From: Lama guanicoe | Lineage: Eukaryota | NCBI GenBank assembly: GCA_013239625.1 | Contig: MU053881.1 | Span: 8,951,957 to 9,015,956 of the forward strand | Direction: 5' to 3' | DNA: 64,000 bases | Shown: positions 1 to 12,520 of the stretch, piece by piece | Layout of the letters: every line of letters starts with the position of its first letter | How positions within the stretch are numbered: the stretch's first letter is position 1 | Made by a program: the position numbers and the translations under genes | Notes under the pieces: model-generated | Told to the model about the DNA's origin: nothing | Database searches by the model: none | Seen by the model: only the letters and a program-made list of their open reading frames with translations

Positions 1-1936
1 AGAGGCATAGGTGTGTCCTGTTGGCAGCAGAATTGAGAAACCGTCCTTGCTTCCAGAACAACACAAGGAATGACCTGGTGCGCCTGCCTCCTGTTCTATC
101 AGGCAGATCAGTGGTCTAAGGTGGCCCTTTGTAAACAAGGGGCTTTAAGACGTCCAAGTGGCAGAGAATATTCAAAAACTGTATAATCCTCCTCTGAATA
201 ACTTTCTTAAATGAAGCAAAAGAGAAACAGTCATCATATTCCCTCAAGTTAAGCTCTTTGAAGAAGAGGACTCTTGTCCTCTTCTTGTCCTTTTCTTGTC
301 CGCAGAAGCTAAATCAGAAACTTGGTTGACTCCAGGAACGTTCCAAGTGATGGCTGGGGGAGAAGGTAGCGTGGCTTCCAGGAGAGAGCTCAGAAGAGAG
401 AACAGGGGTGGGGTAGAATGCAGCCCCACGTTCCCTCCGAAGTCGTGCCCTCTTCCTGCTCCAGGACGACAGACCCTGCAAAACCCTTCCTGGGGTCCTT
501 CATGGTCATGTGGCTCTGCTGTCCGTTTTTAAACTGAGTCACCAGTGAAGGTAAGGTTTTCCTAGTGTTTCAGCCACCGTCCTCCCACCCAACTCTCCTT
601 CTGAGCTATTCGACATCAAAAGGCAGAATCAAGATCAATTACGTATCCTAATGTGGATTGAAAGTATTTTAATGGGACTTACATGGTCATTTAGTCCAAA
701 TCCCTCGGAATATCCGCGAGGAAAAAGCAGATCAAGGAAGATAAGAGATTTTCCTAATGTCCTCAGGGCTCACGTGAGCGCTGGGAAGAGAACCCTGCAC
801 ACCAATTCCTCTCGTTTATATGGATTTATGTATTTTATTGTTTTACTTTCCTCTCACACCAACAGTCTTTCCACTTCCCCACCCTTTGCCATAATCTGAA
901 AAAAAGATCACTGTCAAAGTTTTCTTATGCTGTGATTTCCTGTTGCCAGAGAGGAAGTTTAAAACTGGGCACTAGTCTAAGGAAAGCTTTGTAGGATGTC
1001 CAAATCCCCATTGTGGATGGGACCATGGTTATAGGAGCGGCCATTCCCCCCAAAGGGCTCACAGCTGGAGAGGAGCCTTTCACGCCAAGTGGTGAAGGAA
1101 GGCCAATCTCTTACTCAGGCAGATTTGGATTGGAGTCTCTGAGCGGCCCATGCCCTAACTTTAGCTTCTGTACAAATACACCAGGGAGGTGATGGTGCCT
1201 AGTGCATCTAGCCCCTACGAAGGTCAGACTTCATGTGCCTTGCCTGGCGTATTCCAAAGACGCACATAGCGAGGCAGTGTCATCACCATCTTTCCATCAC
1301 GGATGTAGGTACATCCTAGGAAAGTTGCACATTCTCGTTTAGTGCTGAAACATCCAGGGCAGGGCTCCCTCATCTGAATGATTCCGTCTCAGAAGGGCGT
1401 GCCTCCTGAGCGTCGGGCAATATCCTGTCTTACACCCTCCCATTGGGAAGGGGGTTGATGGGACGGGTTGGGTTGAGGCACCATGAACATGCAACTTTCT
1501 GCTTAAACCCGCAAGGAAAGCAGGACTGCAGACAATGGGGAGCTGTGACTCAAATCGCACTGAGCCACAGGGTGTCGGTGTGGTCTGTGTCTCTGCCTGG
1601 GACGCAAGCTCACAGACTCACGCTCGTCACCACTGGCCAGGGAAGGGCAGGGTTGACCTCCACCACCTTATTCATTAAACAGGTGGGAATCGTCCGTGAT
1701 CAGCGCGTCTCAGATGTTAGTCATTGTCCCACCACCTTCTGAAGCTTTGCTCTACGTAGTCCTTCCCTGCAGCTCCTACAGCTCGCGTTCAGTCCATTCC
1801 TTCGGCTCCTTCATTTATGTGGTGTTTTCCTTCAGACTGACTTATTTCTAACTGAAGCCTCATCCTAGCTAATAAAATCCATGAAATCTGAGCTTAGAAG
1901 TGCTGGCTGTATGTAACCACACACATATATACTTGC

Positions 1937-1937
<1 letters not shown>

Positions 1938-1970
<33 letters not shown>
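1938..1970. repeat. (TG)16 microsatellite
   Basis: Uninterrupted tg run read directly. Confidence 0.97.
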
Positions 1971-1973
<3 letters not shown>

Positions 1974-2145
1974 CACACATGCTATTTCTAATATGCATTA
2001 CACTAACTTAATAAATATTAAAATAAATATAATTTAAAAATTCAACTCTGTGCCTCTTGAGGATGTCTTATACATCTGTACCCCACACACTGGCACCTGA
2101 ATATGTGTTTGGAAATCCTGTCCTAAATGAAACCTTTTTTAAAAA

Positions 2146-2275
2146 AAAATTAATTAAATTGATTAAACATTTTTTTATGGGGGGGTAATTAGATTTATCT
2201 ATTTTTTTAACAGAGGTGCTGGGGATTGAACCCAGGACCCCATGCATGTTAAGCGTGCACTCTACCCTCTTCCCT
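2146..2275 (-). mobile_element. Vic-1-type camelid tRNA-derived SINE
   Basis: Minus strand reads ggtagagtgcacgcttaacatgcatggggtcctgggttcaatccccagcacctctgttaaaaaaatagataaatctaattacccccccataaaaaaaa: a tRNA-like head with B-box (GGTTCAATCC), a ctaattacccccc tail motif and an A-rich end, matching the Vic-1 consensus as I recall it. Confidence 0.85.
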
Positions 2276-5200
2276 GCAACTTTCTTTTCCTTTTTTTTTT
2301 TTGGACCATCAGAGCCCCTGCTTTGTGCCTTGTTCTCGTCAGAATGCAGTGCCTTGGAGTGAACTGTCATCAGGAAAAGAAATGCTCTAAACATGAAGTT
2401 CCGATTATGTTCTATAGGCCGGATAGAGAACTCAGAGATGAGACCACATGCTACTTTTCATCCTGGGGACCGGATGCTCGAAGGCGTCAAAGTGCTATTT
2501 ATTTTCTGACAGGCTGCTTGGACTTGGCACCATGTAAATCCAGAGTGTTTGTAGAGGTTCCCTTGGGGACAAAGGAAAAATCATCTGTATAGATCAGACG
2601 TGTATTAGCCGCGTTAGCGATTGGTCCCTGGGGGCTGATAAAGACCTTTTAAGACAGATCTCACCGCACAGCTTTTTCAGGGCTTTCATTGAACTAGCCT
2701 GCGGTATCATGGGTTTGGAACTTTCTTCCCATCCTAAGTGTCAGAAGAGAAAGGTGGAAGCTGAGAAGCTGGGTTGAGAAGGGCTACCTTCATCAGAGGC
2801 AAACCTCAGTACCACGTCCATGCTCCCTTCCCCCATGAATATTTCATGTTCCCAGAGTAGTAAGAAAACGTATCTGTTGCCTTTCCTGCATTCCTGTGAT
2901 GTGCAGGATGGCAGAAAGATTATTACAGCACAAGTTCAAGAATTTAAAAGTTCATCACCTTCTCAATTTAGAAAGCTCACGTGTGGTTAGGCCTTAGGAA
3001 GGCACCACAGGCCTAAAATGACCCAGGAGCCCAGAGCCCTGTCCCTGAGATATCTGGGGTGGGGGTGGGGTGCAGGCAGGGAGGGGGTGCTTGGGCCCGC
3101 GGCCGCCCGGCCTGCGGACTGAGCCAGGGAGTGGAGGCCTCAGTCCTCCACTTCTTGTCCGTAGAACGTTTGTCCCGGTTGTAAACTCAGAAGTAAAATC
3201 CAAGTTTATAACAGGATAGATTCTCCCTGCGTTCTCAGTGCTCCAGTGTTTTCCCCCATAGCGCAGTGGTTCCTAGGGCTTAGCTCAGTTCCACGTGTGT
3301 GCACGCAGACGTGTGAGTGTCTGTGTGTGCACACAGGAACGGTAAGCTCTCTAGTAAGGCAATGCCCTTTCAGGACCCTGGGCAGTGACATGATGGTCCC
3401 CCGTCCTCCGAAGGCCTTCCAAGTCATTCATCTGGGTTGCTCTGACTATTTTCCTTTCCCTTCCGGACACATTTCAGACACTTACACCATCTTCCAGCAT
3501 CCTCCTCACCCCTGCTGACCGGGATGCACGCAGCCCTCCTCAGAACGGAGGCGCCCAGGCCCTGCTCGTGAAGACACAGGAGCCACTGGCCACAGCAAGG
3601 GTCCCCAGGGAACTCTGACACTTTCCAGGGCGGGATGCAAACCTCTGCATTTTTAGCATCTGCTTCAGGAGAGTTCAACTTGAGGCAAAATGGTTAAGGA
3701 AGAAATGAGTGGTGCTCTCTGGCCTCACACATCATCACACAATCTCATCCCCTGTGGCCGTACATTTTCTTGGAGACCCCGAGTCCTGGGGACACCATCA
3801 CCAGTCTGCGTGCCATCCTGGACGCCCCGCTGTGGCTCACAGACACATTACTGCTTCTTCTCCGCCCCCCTCCCCCACCGCTGCCTTGCCCCGTAGTCCT
3901 GTTCCTGGGCCATCAGAGACATCGGCCAGCAAAGCAGTTTTCCTTGACCTGTAAGTATGAGATGCAGACGTCCTTAGACACAAGCCTGGTGGAAATGGCA
4001 GCTGCGAGTTAATGTCTGCTTCAGCCACCTGCCCATGGAGCATCCTTCCCAGACACAGCCAGACACTGAGTGGGAAATACTCAGGTGGTCACTTAAGATG
4101 ACTCTTTCTCAGAAATCCTAGGGCCTTAGACTTGATACAGAAGCATTACCTTCCCACAAGCAGCATCCACCAGTAGATAAAAAATCAAAATCTTCAACCC
4201 TTCCGTTTCTAGTCCACAGACAGGATGTCAGATCCCCGAGAGTTCCACCCAGGCCCCTCTGCCAGGGCACCGCCCACCCTCGGCGGGGTAGGAATTTTTT
4301 CCAGGGAGGTATGCAGGGCAAACTTACTGTTTCCCACAAGGACAGAAGCAATTCCAAATGGAAACAGCAGCAGCCTCCCTGCTGAAAGCTCCCCCCGGGG
4401 CTGCATCGCCCACAGGACAAGAGCTTCCCTGCATCCGCCCTCTTCGCCTCCCCGCCCACCGCCCGCCTTTCGCCCCGTGCTGCGGGAATACTGCATTTCT
4501 TGCATGATCCTCGTCCCAGGTCACACTTTAAGACTCTATGTATGAGGTTTTCTCTTGTGGGCAAGGTTTTTCTTCCATTCCTCTATTTCTTAAGAGTAGG
4601 AGATAATTCCTATTCTTCCTCCAAAACCTACTCACACCCTTGCTTTTGAGGGATTTTTCCACGTCCTTTGCACTCCAGACATGACCGTCTAACCTTGACA
4701 TCAAATGACTTGCTCCCTGCAAAGCACTCCCAACAGTGACCAGCACAGAGCAGATGCCCAGTGATTTTTAAAAAGCTGTAAGTACTACCTTGTCACTGCG
4801 TTAAACCACCTTATGCCTGCAGCATTTGATCCTTGGCCCCTATTAGACAGGATGCTCCTGTCTATGACTTTGCTGAGCCACTCATGTCCTGCCAATGTCT
4901 GGCACATAGTGGGTCTCAGAGAGGATGTGCTGAACTGAAAGGGAGTAACGCAGTCTGAGTGCCTTGGGAATGCTACGTGGTGCCTGGTTCCCTATGGCAG
5001 GGACCCAGCCTGCAGAACATTTGGAGGCTCTTCTCAGTTCTGTTCCCAGTCCAATGTCTCATGCTTGCCTGTCGTTCTATCTGGGCACAGCTGTCTGGGT
5101 GCTTGACATAGCAGGCCAGGGCCCAGAAGCCACACGCCCTAGAGCAAAAGCAGCAGACGCAAGACAAGAGCTGGGCCCTTTCCTTCCATTATTCTCATCA

Positions 5201-5458
5201 AGCTCTGTGTTCCAGCACCTTCCCTTAATCTGATTGAAGAGGGGCCCTCATAGCAGGGCAGAAGCAAAGAATGAAGCCAGTTCTTCAAGGAGCCATTCAC
5301 CTTAATGGCGATTTTTTTTTTTTTTGCTGTCCATCACAACAAGTGCGGCCCCTGACTGGGGCCGACTGCTGCTCTTGGATGCAGGCGTCAGGGCCTGCCT
5401 GAAGTTGCCGGTGTTCTGCTGCACAAGTCAGCCCTTCCTGATTTAATTAGAGTTTTTT

Positions 5459-5459
5459 C

Positions 5460-5495
<36 letters not shown>
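5459..5495. repeat. (CT)n microsatellite, one interruption
   Basis: Read directly. Confidence 0.95.
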
Positions 5496-7571
5496 TGACC
5501 TTCTGCTTGATTATGTAGTAAAGTATTCCTGGGGAGCAATAATCCTATAAACTCGACATCAGCCCTCACAGCTCTGAAAACGACAGAGCTGTCAACATTT
5601 CAGCCTTACAACTTCCAGACAGGATCAGCTCAGAGATACGATAAATGGGAGAGAAACAGAAGGACCAGGACCCGTTCAGAGTTTAAAAAAAAAAAAAAAA
5701 GGAGAGTTAAATAAATGAAAGTACCCCAATAAGGATGACGGAAGCTTTCAATTTCAGGATACACAGGAAACTTGTGCCTTTCTGCCTGGGCCATTAACAC
5801 AGTGATTTAGTAATTTCCGTGGGAGCTGCCAGCCCCTTGGAATGCTATTAGTGTCAGAGTCAGGGAAAATGAGGAAGGCTTTTTTTTTTCCTCCCAGAGT
5901 ATGCAAACAGAAGCTTAGAAACATGTTTGCATTTGGATTGGATGATCTAAACCAACAAAGTTCAACCTTTTCACTGGGAGCTGGGAGCTGTTTGACAAGA
6001 CCGACTTTTTATCAGGCAGGTTCAAAGTCTACACACTGCAGAGGTTTCCTTAATAAGAGGGACTAATAAGATTATTTCCTTAAAGATCTAACTTGAGCAC
6101 CCGTCCTCCTATTAGACAGCAGAGCCGATTCATTCTCGAAATTGCTTACCTTCAAAAGAAGAGCTCTGTTGATTGGAGCAGGGCCCCAGCATGGCACACT
6201 GAGATGCTATTAGCAGGATTTTCATTTGGATTTGAAGTGGCTATTATTTTTGTCTCTTTTTTTTCCTGGATTTTCTCTTTCTGTCACCAACAAAATTAAT
6301 TTCCCAAACTAAATACAAAGACTGCATGTCAGTGAGGTGGCGTCAGAATCATGGCTGTTCCTCAAAATCTCTCTAAACATCTTGCCTCCCCTTGGGGACA
6401 TATTTAGCTAGCTACCAAAAAGAAAAAAAAAAAAAACTCTGGTAAATGTAGACACGTTTCTGGGCGAGCAGGCTTTAACGTAAGGAGAGAGAAATGGGGC
6501 GCGTCTGTGTTAAGTACACAGAAGAACAGAGCAAAGGGTTCTATTCAGAAAATTTTTTCCAGGCTTCTCTTTTGACCCATTTGGGATCATAACCCAAAAT
6601 CTTCAGTCGAAGGGGGAGGTTTGAGGAAGAAAGACCGTGTGATCATCCAATTGAATTCCCTTGGACGTCCCGCCCCCTGCCTTCCCGTACCATGGTTTCT
6701 GTGAGCTGCTGAAATAATGAGCCATTTTCAGTCTCCCAGCCCTGGGTGGGATGACAGTCACCCATTTATTTAAAAGTGGCCCTGTTTGTCGAAAAGTGAT
6801 TTAAAAATGGGGGCCATTTAAGCAGGTCACTGTATTTCTCAAAGGTGAACTGGTGATCAGAGTATGATATTTAATGGTCTAAAAGAGGCAAGAGAAAAAT
6901 TTTCTCCTGATGGAAATGGAGTTGATCTTCTAAGGAGAGAGGACAGAAGCCATCTGTGGAACTTGGTCCTTTCTGGCCACCAATGACTGAATCACTTTGA
7001 GCTCTGTGTCCTTATCCCTAGCACCCTGGAGGACACCGCATTTCACTGACTCTGTGATACGCATTTCCTTGCTCATTTTAACATTTCTGAAGTAGGAATT
7101 CCTCTTGTAACTCACGGCATGCCATAGTTTAACTGGCAAAGGTTTTTCCTCTCTTACAACAGTGAGTTATTTTGCAAGTGAGTGCATTTTAGAGTTGATG
7201 AACTATTTTCAGAGACACTTAGTAAATCTTGCTTGGATAAATGACTGAATAAATGGGCCATCTCCTCAAGGGACTCCCAATACTTAAGGGAACAATTATA
7301 TTTAACGACCAAAAAAACCTTCCAACTTTTGCATCATGGACTGGGATATAATTTTTTTTTAAAAATCCTACATAGATATGATAAAAATGAAACAACACAA
7401 CAAATACAAAGCAATGAAGTCTGAAAGGTAGGGGGGCAAAAAGACCAGGCAGTTCCACTTTATCTCTCTTGCAATAAATGTGATGCTAAAAGAAAGAGAA
7501 CCGACATTTGCTATTTCAGGCACTTTCTCCATAGTTTCTTTCAGAAGGTCCACGCAGTAGAAGTTACTAGT

Positions 7572-7700
7572 TATTTCACAGATGAGGTAACTGGGCCTTA
7601 GAGGCTAAGACACTCTCGCAAGATCCGATACCTGGCAAATATAAAAGTCAGATTGAACCCAGATCTTTCAGACACAGGTTTTCCACTACGTCCTGCTGAT
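7572..7700 (-). mobile_element. MIR SINE fragment
   Basis: atttcacagatgaggtaactgggccttagaggctaag...ttgaacccagatct is the reverse complement of the MIR core. Confidence 0.75.
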
Positions 7701-7811
7701 TCTCAGGAACAGTTCTGACTAGGGACTGGGTGGTGTCCATTTAATCAAGTTTATTTGCACCAGAAACAAGTGCTCAGAGCAGAGCTGCTTCTGCTGTTTT
7801 AATACCCTAGG

Positions 7812-7993
7812 ATGGTAGTTTCCGAACCACTTCACACTGGAATCTCCCAGGGATCTTTAAAAAAAAAAAAAATTCAGATACCTGGATCCCACCCCTGCAT
7901 TCTGATTTCTCCGCTGTGGGGTGTGACCCGGGCATTCAGATCTGAAAAGCTTCCCAGACGATTCTAATGCCCAGCAAAGCCTGGGAACCACTG
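7812..7993. mobile_element. MER5A-type hAT-Charlie MITE
   Basis: gaatctcccagggatctttaaaaa..cagatacctggatcccacccc..ttctgattt..gattctaatg..gaaccactg matches MER5A/MER5A1 organisation and terminal repeat. Confidence 0.75.
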
Positions 7994-8511
7994 ATCTCAG
8001 TGGTTCTCCTGTTGCTCCAGGGAAACGAGACAGACAACTCATTCCTGGTGGGAAATGGGCATGAACAATCACCAACGGAGCCTCTTTACCAACTCGCCAT
8101 TATTCCGCTCTCTTGTAAATCATACCTGTCATATTTTAAGAGGCTCTGTCCCTTTTTTAAAACCTGTATTCATATTAAGTCCCTTTAGTTCATTTTCCCA
8201 TAGACTTGCTAATGACAGTTCATGAAATCAAAGTAAAAGGAATCTGGTGTGTTACTGACCTTGGAGTCTTGAGTTAATACAGACTCTTGCCTTCTTGTTT
8301 TATGTACTGCTGGAAGGAGCTTGACCAATGTCCAGTTTTCTGGAGAACCACCACGCCCTGCTCTTGGTTTATGTAGTGAGTGAACTCAATGGGCACATCC
8401 CTAGGCCTAGCCAGTTGGTCTGTTTCACCTCCATCCCAGAGCAGTCAGTTTACGGGTGTACCCATGACCCCAGCGGAGGCCAGGGCTGTCACTGGAGTAG
8501 TTGGGGAATTG

Positions 8512-9111
8512 TGTAGTAAAGGGTTACCCTTACTCAAAAAGAGGTCTGGCCTTTGTCCTTGGCTCTTGAGAGGTGATCTGAAAGCCCTTGGAATGTTCTG
8601 CCCAGTAAGAGTTTTTGTCTACCTGGAGGCCTTGAGCCACACTGGATAGTCTAACAATGTGATTTTTGGTGGGAGCTTTGGACCATGTGGTATCACCCCT
8701 GGAAAGACTGGGCACTGAAGGTCAGCACGTGGGTGATCAACCATGTCTCTGTGACTGAGTCCCAGTAAAAACTCTGGGCTCTAAGACTGGGGAGCACTTC
8801 CCTGGTTGGTAATACTCTGAATGTGGTCACACACTGTTACCTGGACAAGTTAGTGCTGTCCCTGGCTGTACTGGGGAGCACGTCTGGAAGCTTTGCTTTG
8901 GGAACTTCCCTGGACTGTGTTTCATGAGTTTCTTCCCTTGATTTAATTTAATCTATATCCTTTTATGGTAACAAACCGCAATGATGAATGTAAGAGCTGT
9001 CAGTGAATTCTGTTAGCAAATTATCAAAACTGAAGGCGATTTTGGGGGCTCCCAAGCTTTGCAGTCAATGTCAGAAGTGAAGGTGATCTTGTGGACTTTC
9101 CTGACTCTACA
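8512..9111 (+). mobile_element. Solo ERVL LTR, MER77/MER21C-like
   Basis: About 600 bp with TG...CA ends; internal aaaaagaggtctggcctttg, aagcccttggaatgt, ggatagtctaacaatgtgattt, ttccctggttggtaatactc and gtcagaagtgaagg match this LTR family as recalled. Confidence 0.75.
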
Positions 9112-10148
9112 GGCAGAGAATCTTCTTTTCCATGGGACTCAGTCCTCCCAGGACGTCAGCTGGAGTTGCCGGAGTCCATTTTGGTCATCACAGAAAACAC
9201 CAACAGGGAAGACAAGGGTCCCGTTTGAGCCCCTGAAATCTAACCTGCCTGGAGGTACACCTGGACTCCTTAACGAGCAAAGAACCTCTTTTTTCGTTAA
9301 GCCCACTCTTACCTGAGATGCTCTCATTTGTAATACACTACATGGCTTCATTAGGTTCTTGTAATGAATCAATTAAACGGCATGATGTGTGAAAGGGCTT
9401 AGTATAATATCTGGAACTTAGGGGTTTGATGCATGCAAGCCAGTTAATAATTATTATTACAGTCATTTTGATTTTGAATATTTTCCTATTGAAAAAAAAT
9501 TTTTAAAGCTTGATGATCCTAAAATCAGACAAGGATGTGCTGGCGATGCTGACTCCAGGGGACTTGGTCCTGTCTCTGCCTGCAGACCTCTCACAGCTGG
9601 GCTGGCACCCCCTTGGCTTACTCACCTGCCTGTCCCTGCTCCTCTTAACTCCTGTGTTTTCAGATACGTTTGGGAGCGCACTTAGGACTGTCTGTGATAA
9701 AATATGCATATTTCCTGAAACCCAAAGTATTCTCACTGAATGTAATAAGTGGAAAGTTATCTTACAGGAAATGAAAATCTAAGATTAATACTCTTCGATG
9801 CCATGTAGTCCCCTCGGGACAATTACTCACTGCATTACAGCAAAATAAACTTGCAAAATGTGGGAATCAGTTTTCTCCTTGGGTTTCTAGGATAAGCGAA
9901 GTCCTGAAACTACTCAAAGTCAGCTCCTGGCTGCCAGACCCGCCACCTTAACTCACAAAAGAGGCATCAGATTCGCCAGAACACGAGACTTTAAACCAAT
10001 TCATGGCCATTTCCTCAGTGCTGAGCAAAAGTATAGAAAAATAAAACATCAATTTAAAGCCAATCCGTCCATCAATAGTTACTGATCACTATTTACTAAC
10101 ACTGTGAGAGGTAAGTTACATCACCACTGACCCCAAGGAACTTTTAAC

Positions 10149-10327
10149 ATTCATTCATCCCTCCTTCAGTCATCAACTGTCTACTCAATGTTACTCTGGG
10201 CCAAGCACTCTGCTGGATGCTAGGAAACAAAACGCCCTGAGGGACTTAGTTTTAAAGAGCAGCAAATCCCAAATACGGTTCATTCCAAGAATCACAGAAA
10301 ACTTTTATACATCTACAGGCATCTGAG
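10149..10327 (+). repeat. Local direct repeat, copy A (about 180 bp)
   Basis: Aligns by eye with 10815-10994 (ctctgggccaagcact, ctgctggatgctaggaaacaaaa, tttaaagagcagcaaa, ggttcattccaaga). Confidence 0.9.
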
Positions 10328-10814
10328 CCCTTTGCTTCATCCTACTGTATGAAAAATTTCTCAGGGGACCGGAAACCTATTGTCAGTAAGTGGCTCCCTT
10401 GACCGTGTGCTTCACCAAGTTTGAGAACCACGGGGAGAGATGATGAAACAAACATGAAAACAATCAAACACAAGGCAGTGATTGTGTGCTAACGGGGCGG
10501 ATGAGCGGCGCATGGAGGGGTGAGCCGAGGGAGAGGTCACTCCAGACAAGGCCCCTCTGACACCCTCCCGGCTGCCATGTAGTTATGACCTAGCCTGAGT
10601 TTATTCAAACCCTCACATCATGATGCCTCCCCAAAGCATTAAACAGACCTGTGGAGTTCACTCCCAGGCGGAGAGTCACCAAGATGAGTCAGGCAGGCTC
10701 GTCCACACACAGTCTCACCCCAAGGCCTCCGACACCGCGCGGCTCAAAGGACAAAGTCTTAGAACTTCCACAGCCATAAGCATCCTTGCCTTAAATATAG
10801 AAGGACCTGAGAAG

Positions 10815-10994
10815 ATTCATTCATCCCCTCCTTCAGTCAAGAAATTTCGGCTAAACTTTCTCTGGGCCAAGCACTACTGCTGGATGCTAGGAAACAAAAT
10901 GCCCTGATGGACTTAGATTTAAAGAGCAGCAAACCCCAAATATGGTTCATTCCAAGACTCACAGGAAAGCCTTATAAATATACAAGGATCGGAG
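10815..10994 (+). repeat. Local direct repeat, copy B (about 180 bp)
   Basis: Second, diverged copy of 10149-10327. Confidence 0.9.
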
Positions 10995-11194
10995 GTGCTT
11001 TTGTTGGCATTATTTCTGAGCGGCTGTGAAGTGCAGCGTTGGCGCACCTTTTCCCCTTGGGCCACATGTTTTCAAATTTGCTTTCCTAGAAACAGAAGCA
11101 GCGCTCCGACCCTGGGGCTGCCCCAGCTTGCTGAGCCTCGATTCATCTGTCTAGAGGTGGAAGGAAGGGCAGTCTTTAAAGGAGGGGGCGGGGT

Positions 11195-11380
11195 GGCGAG
11201 ACAGACCTGGGTACCGTTCTCAGCTTCGCCATCTGCTGTGGAGCGGTTCTGAAAGGATGCATTTCACGTCTCTGAATCTCAGTTTCCTAATCTTAATAAA
11301 AGGAGAGTGCCCAGGGTGAGGCTTAAATGAGATAATGCACGTGAAGAGAATCAAAATGATATATGGTCAACAAGCGGCAG
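11195..11380 (+). mobile_element. MIR SINE fragment
   Basis: agacctggg...tctctgaatctcagtttcctaatct...gtgaggcttaaatgagataatgca matches the MIR core and 3' part. Confidence 0.75.
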
Positions 11381-11779
11381 AGATGACAGTAATATTGTTT
11401 CAATACACTGGCTACGAAAGGCTTGGTATCTTCAGTGTAAGATGGGTAACTCAGGGAGGGGGTTCTTCCTCCTGCCACCCACAATGAGCTGCACTGTTTC
11501 CATCTCAGCGTGGGATGTCAAAGGACGGCAAAATGGAGCAGCTCAGCACACTGGGCTTCACTGCCGTCATAAGACCATCTTTCCTCGCTCTCTCTGTTTC
11601 TTCTCAGGCAACAGCAACTATGTTATAATAGTGTAATGGCAACTAGAGAAAGAAATTTAAATTCGTTTTTAGTATAAGGTATTACAAAACATGCTTCCAC
11701 AGTTTTAAAATAAAAGAATGTTATCCATTAGCCAATTTTGGAGGGGGTTTGTGTGCTAACTAAAAATAAATTGGGCAAG

Positions 11780-11930
11780 CAGGAGGTAACTCTGATACGA
11801 TGGAAGTATTTTAAAATTGGATTTGGGGGATACTGTGCAACCGTACACAGTTACTGAAAATCATTACATTGTATACTTACAATGGGTGAAATTTTTGGCA
11901 TAAAAATTACTTTTCCATAAAGAGATATGG
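11780..11930 (+). mobile_element. Old L1 (L1MB/L1ME-type) 3' end
   Basis: gatggaagtattttaaaattggat...actgaaaatcattacattgtatacttacaatgggtgaaattt resembles an L1MB 3'UTR end and is followed by an A-rich tail. Confidence 0.6.
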
Positions 11931-12199
11931 CAACTAAAAATAAAGAAATAAAGAGGAAGGAAGGAAGGGAGAAAAGAAGAAAGGATGAGGTTAAACTATG
12001 AATTGTAAGTATTCATCCCTCTGTTTTATACAGGAACATTACTTTGACAAACTCTTAAGCATCAGACCCATGCCCTGGTAGTGGGCAACTTGGAGTTTCT
12101 ACGGACCTGGTCCTTCTCCGACTCATGACCTGATCGCAACACAGAAAGCAGAGCTGCTCCTGCAAATACAAGTGGAGAATGGCAAAACCACCACTGGTT

Positions 12200-12520
12200 C
12201 ATTTCTGTCTTTGTTGAAGACTCTTCTCCCTGGCTGACTCCTGCAGAACTGTCTTAACACTCTTTAAATCTTTCGTTGATCAAAATCTACTTACCAATCT
12301 TTCTCTGCTCAAAGGAGCAGAGAAGGCAAGTCAGGCAAAGGTAGACAGATCTGAATATGCTCGTGATGTCTCTCCCTCTGGAAGACCCCCTCACTGGTGG
12401 AATTTTAGGTGCCAGACCACAGGTCCTGAGAGCAACGGGGCATCCTCTAGTCCTTTCTATCTCCCCTTGGACATGACCACAGAAGAGAAATCTGGCTCAG
12501 GCAGACAGAATGTTCACCAT
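12200..12520 (-). mobile_element. Possible ancient MamGyp-type LTR fragment
   Basis: Minus strand aggatgccccgttgctctcaggacctgtggt...ttccaccagtgagggg resembles MamGypLTR motifs from memory; weak match, boundaries uncertain. Confidence 0.35.

Noticed and set aside
2200..2270. tRNA gene
   Set aside because: It is the tRNA-derived head of a SINE, with a truncated 5' half and a SINE tail.
3289..3339. Fold-back tgtgtgcac...gtgcacaca
   Set aside because: Low-complexity TG/CA sequence readily forms such stems.
7985..8006. Perfect inverted repeat gaaccactga-tc-tcagtggttc
   Set aside because: It is explained by abutting MER5-type terminal inverted repeats.
12301..12324. Perfect 10-bp hairpin ttctctgctc-aaag-gagcagagaa as a miRNA or terminator
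   Set aside because: Too short for a pre-miRNA, and it lies in a probable old LTR fragment; intrinsic terminators are not relevant in this genome.
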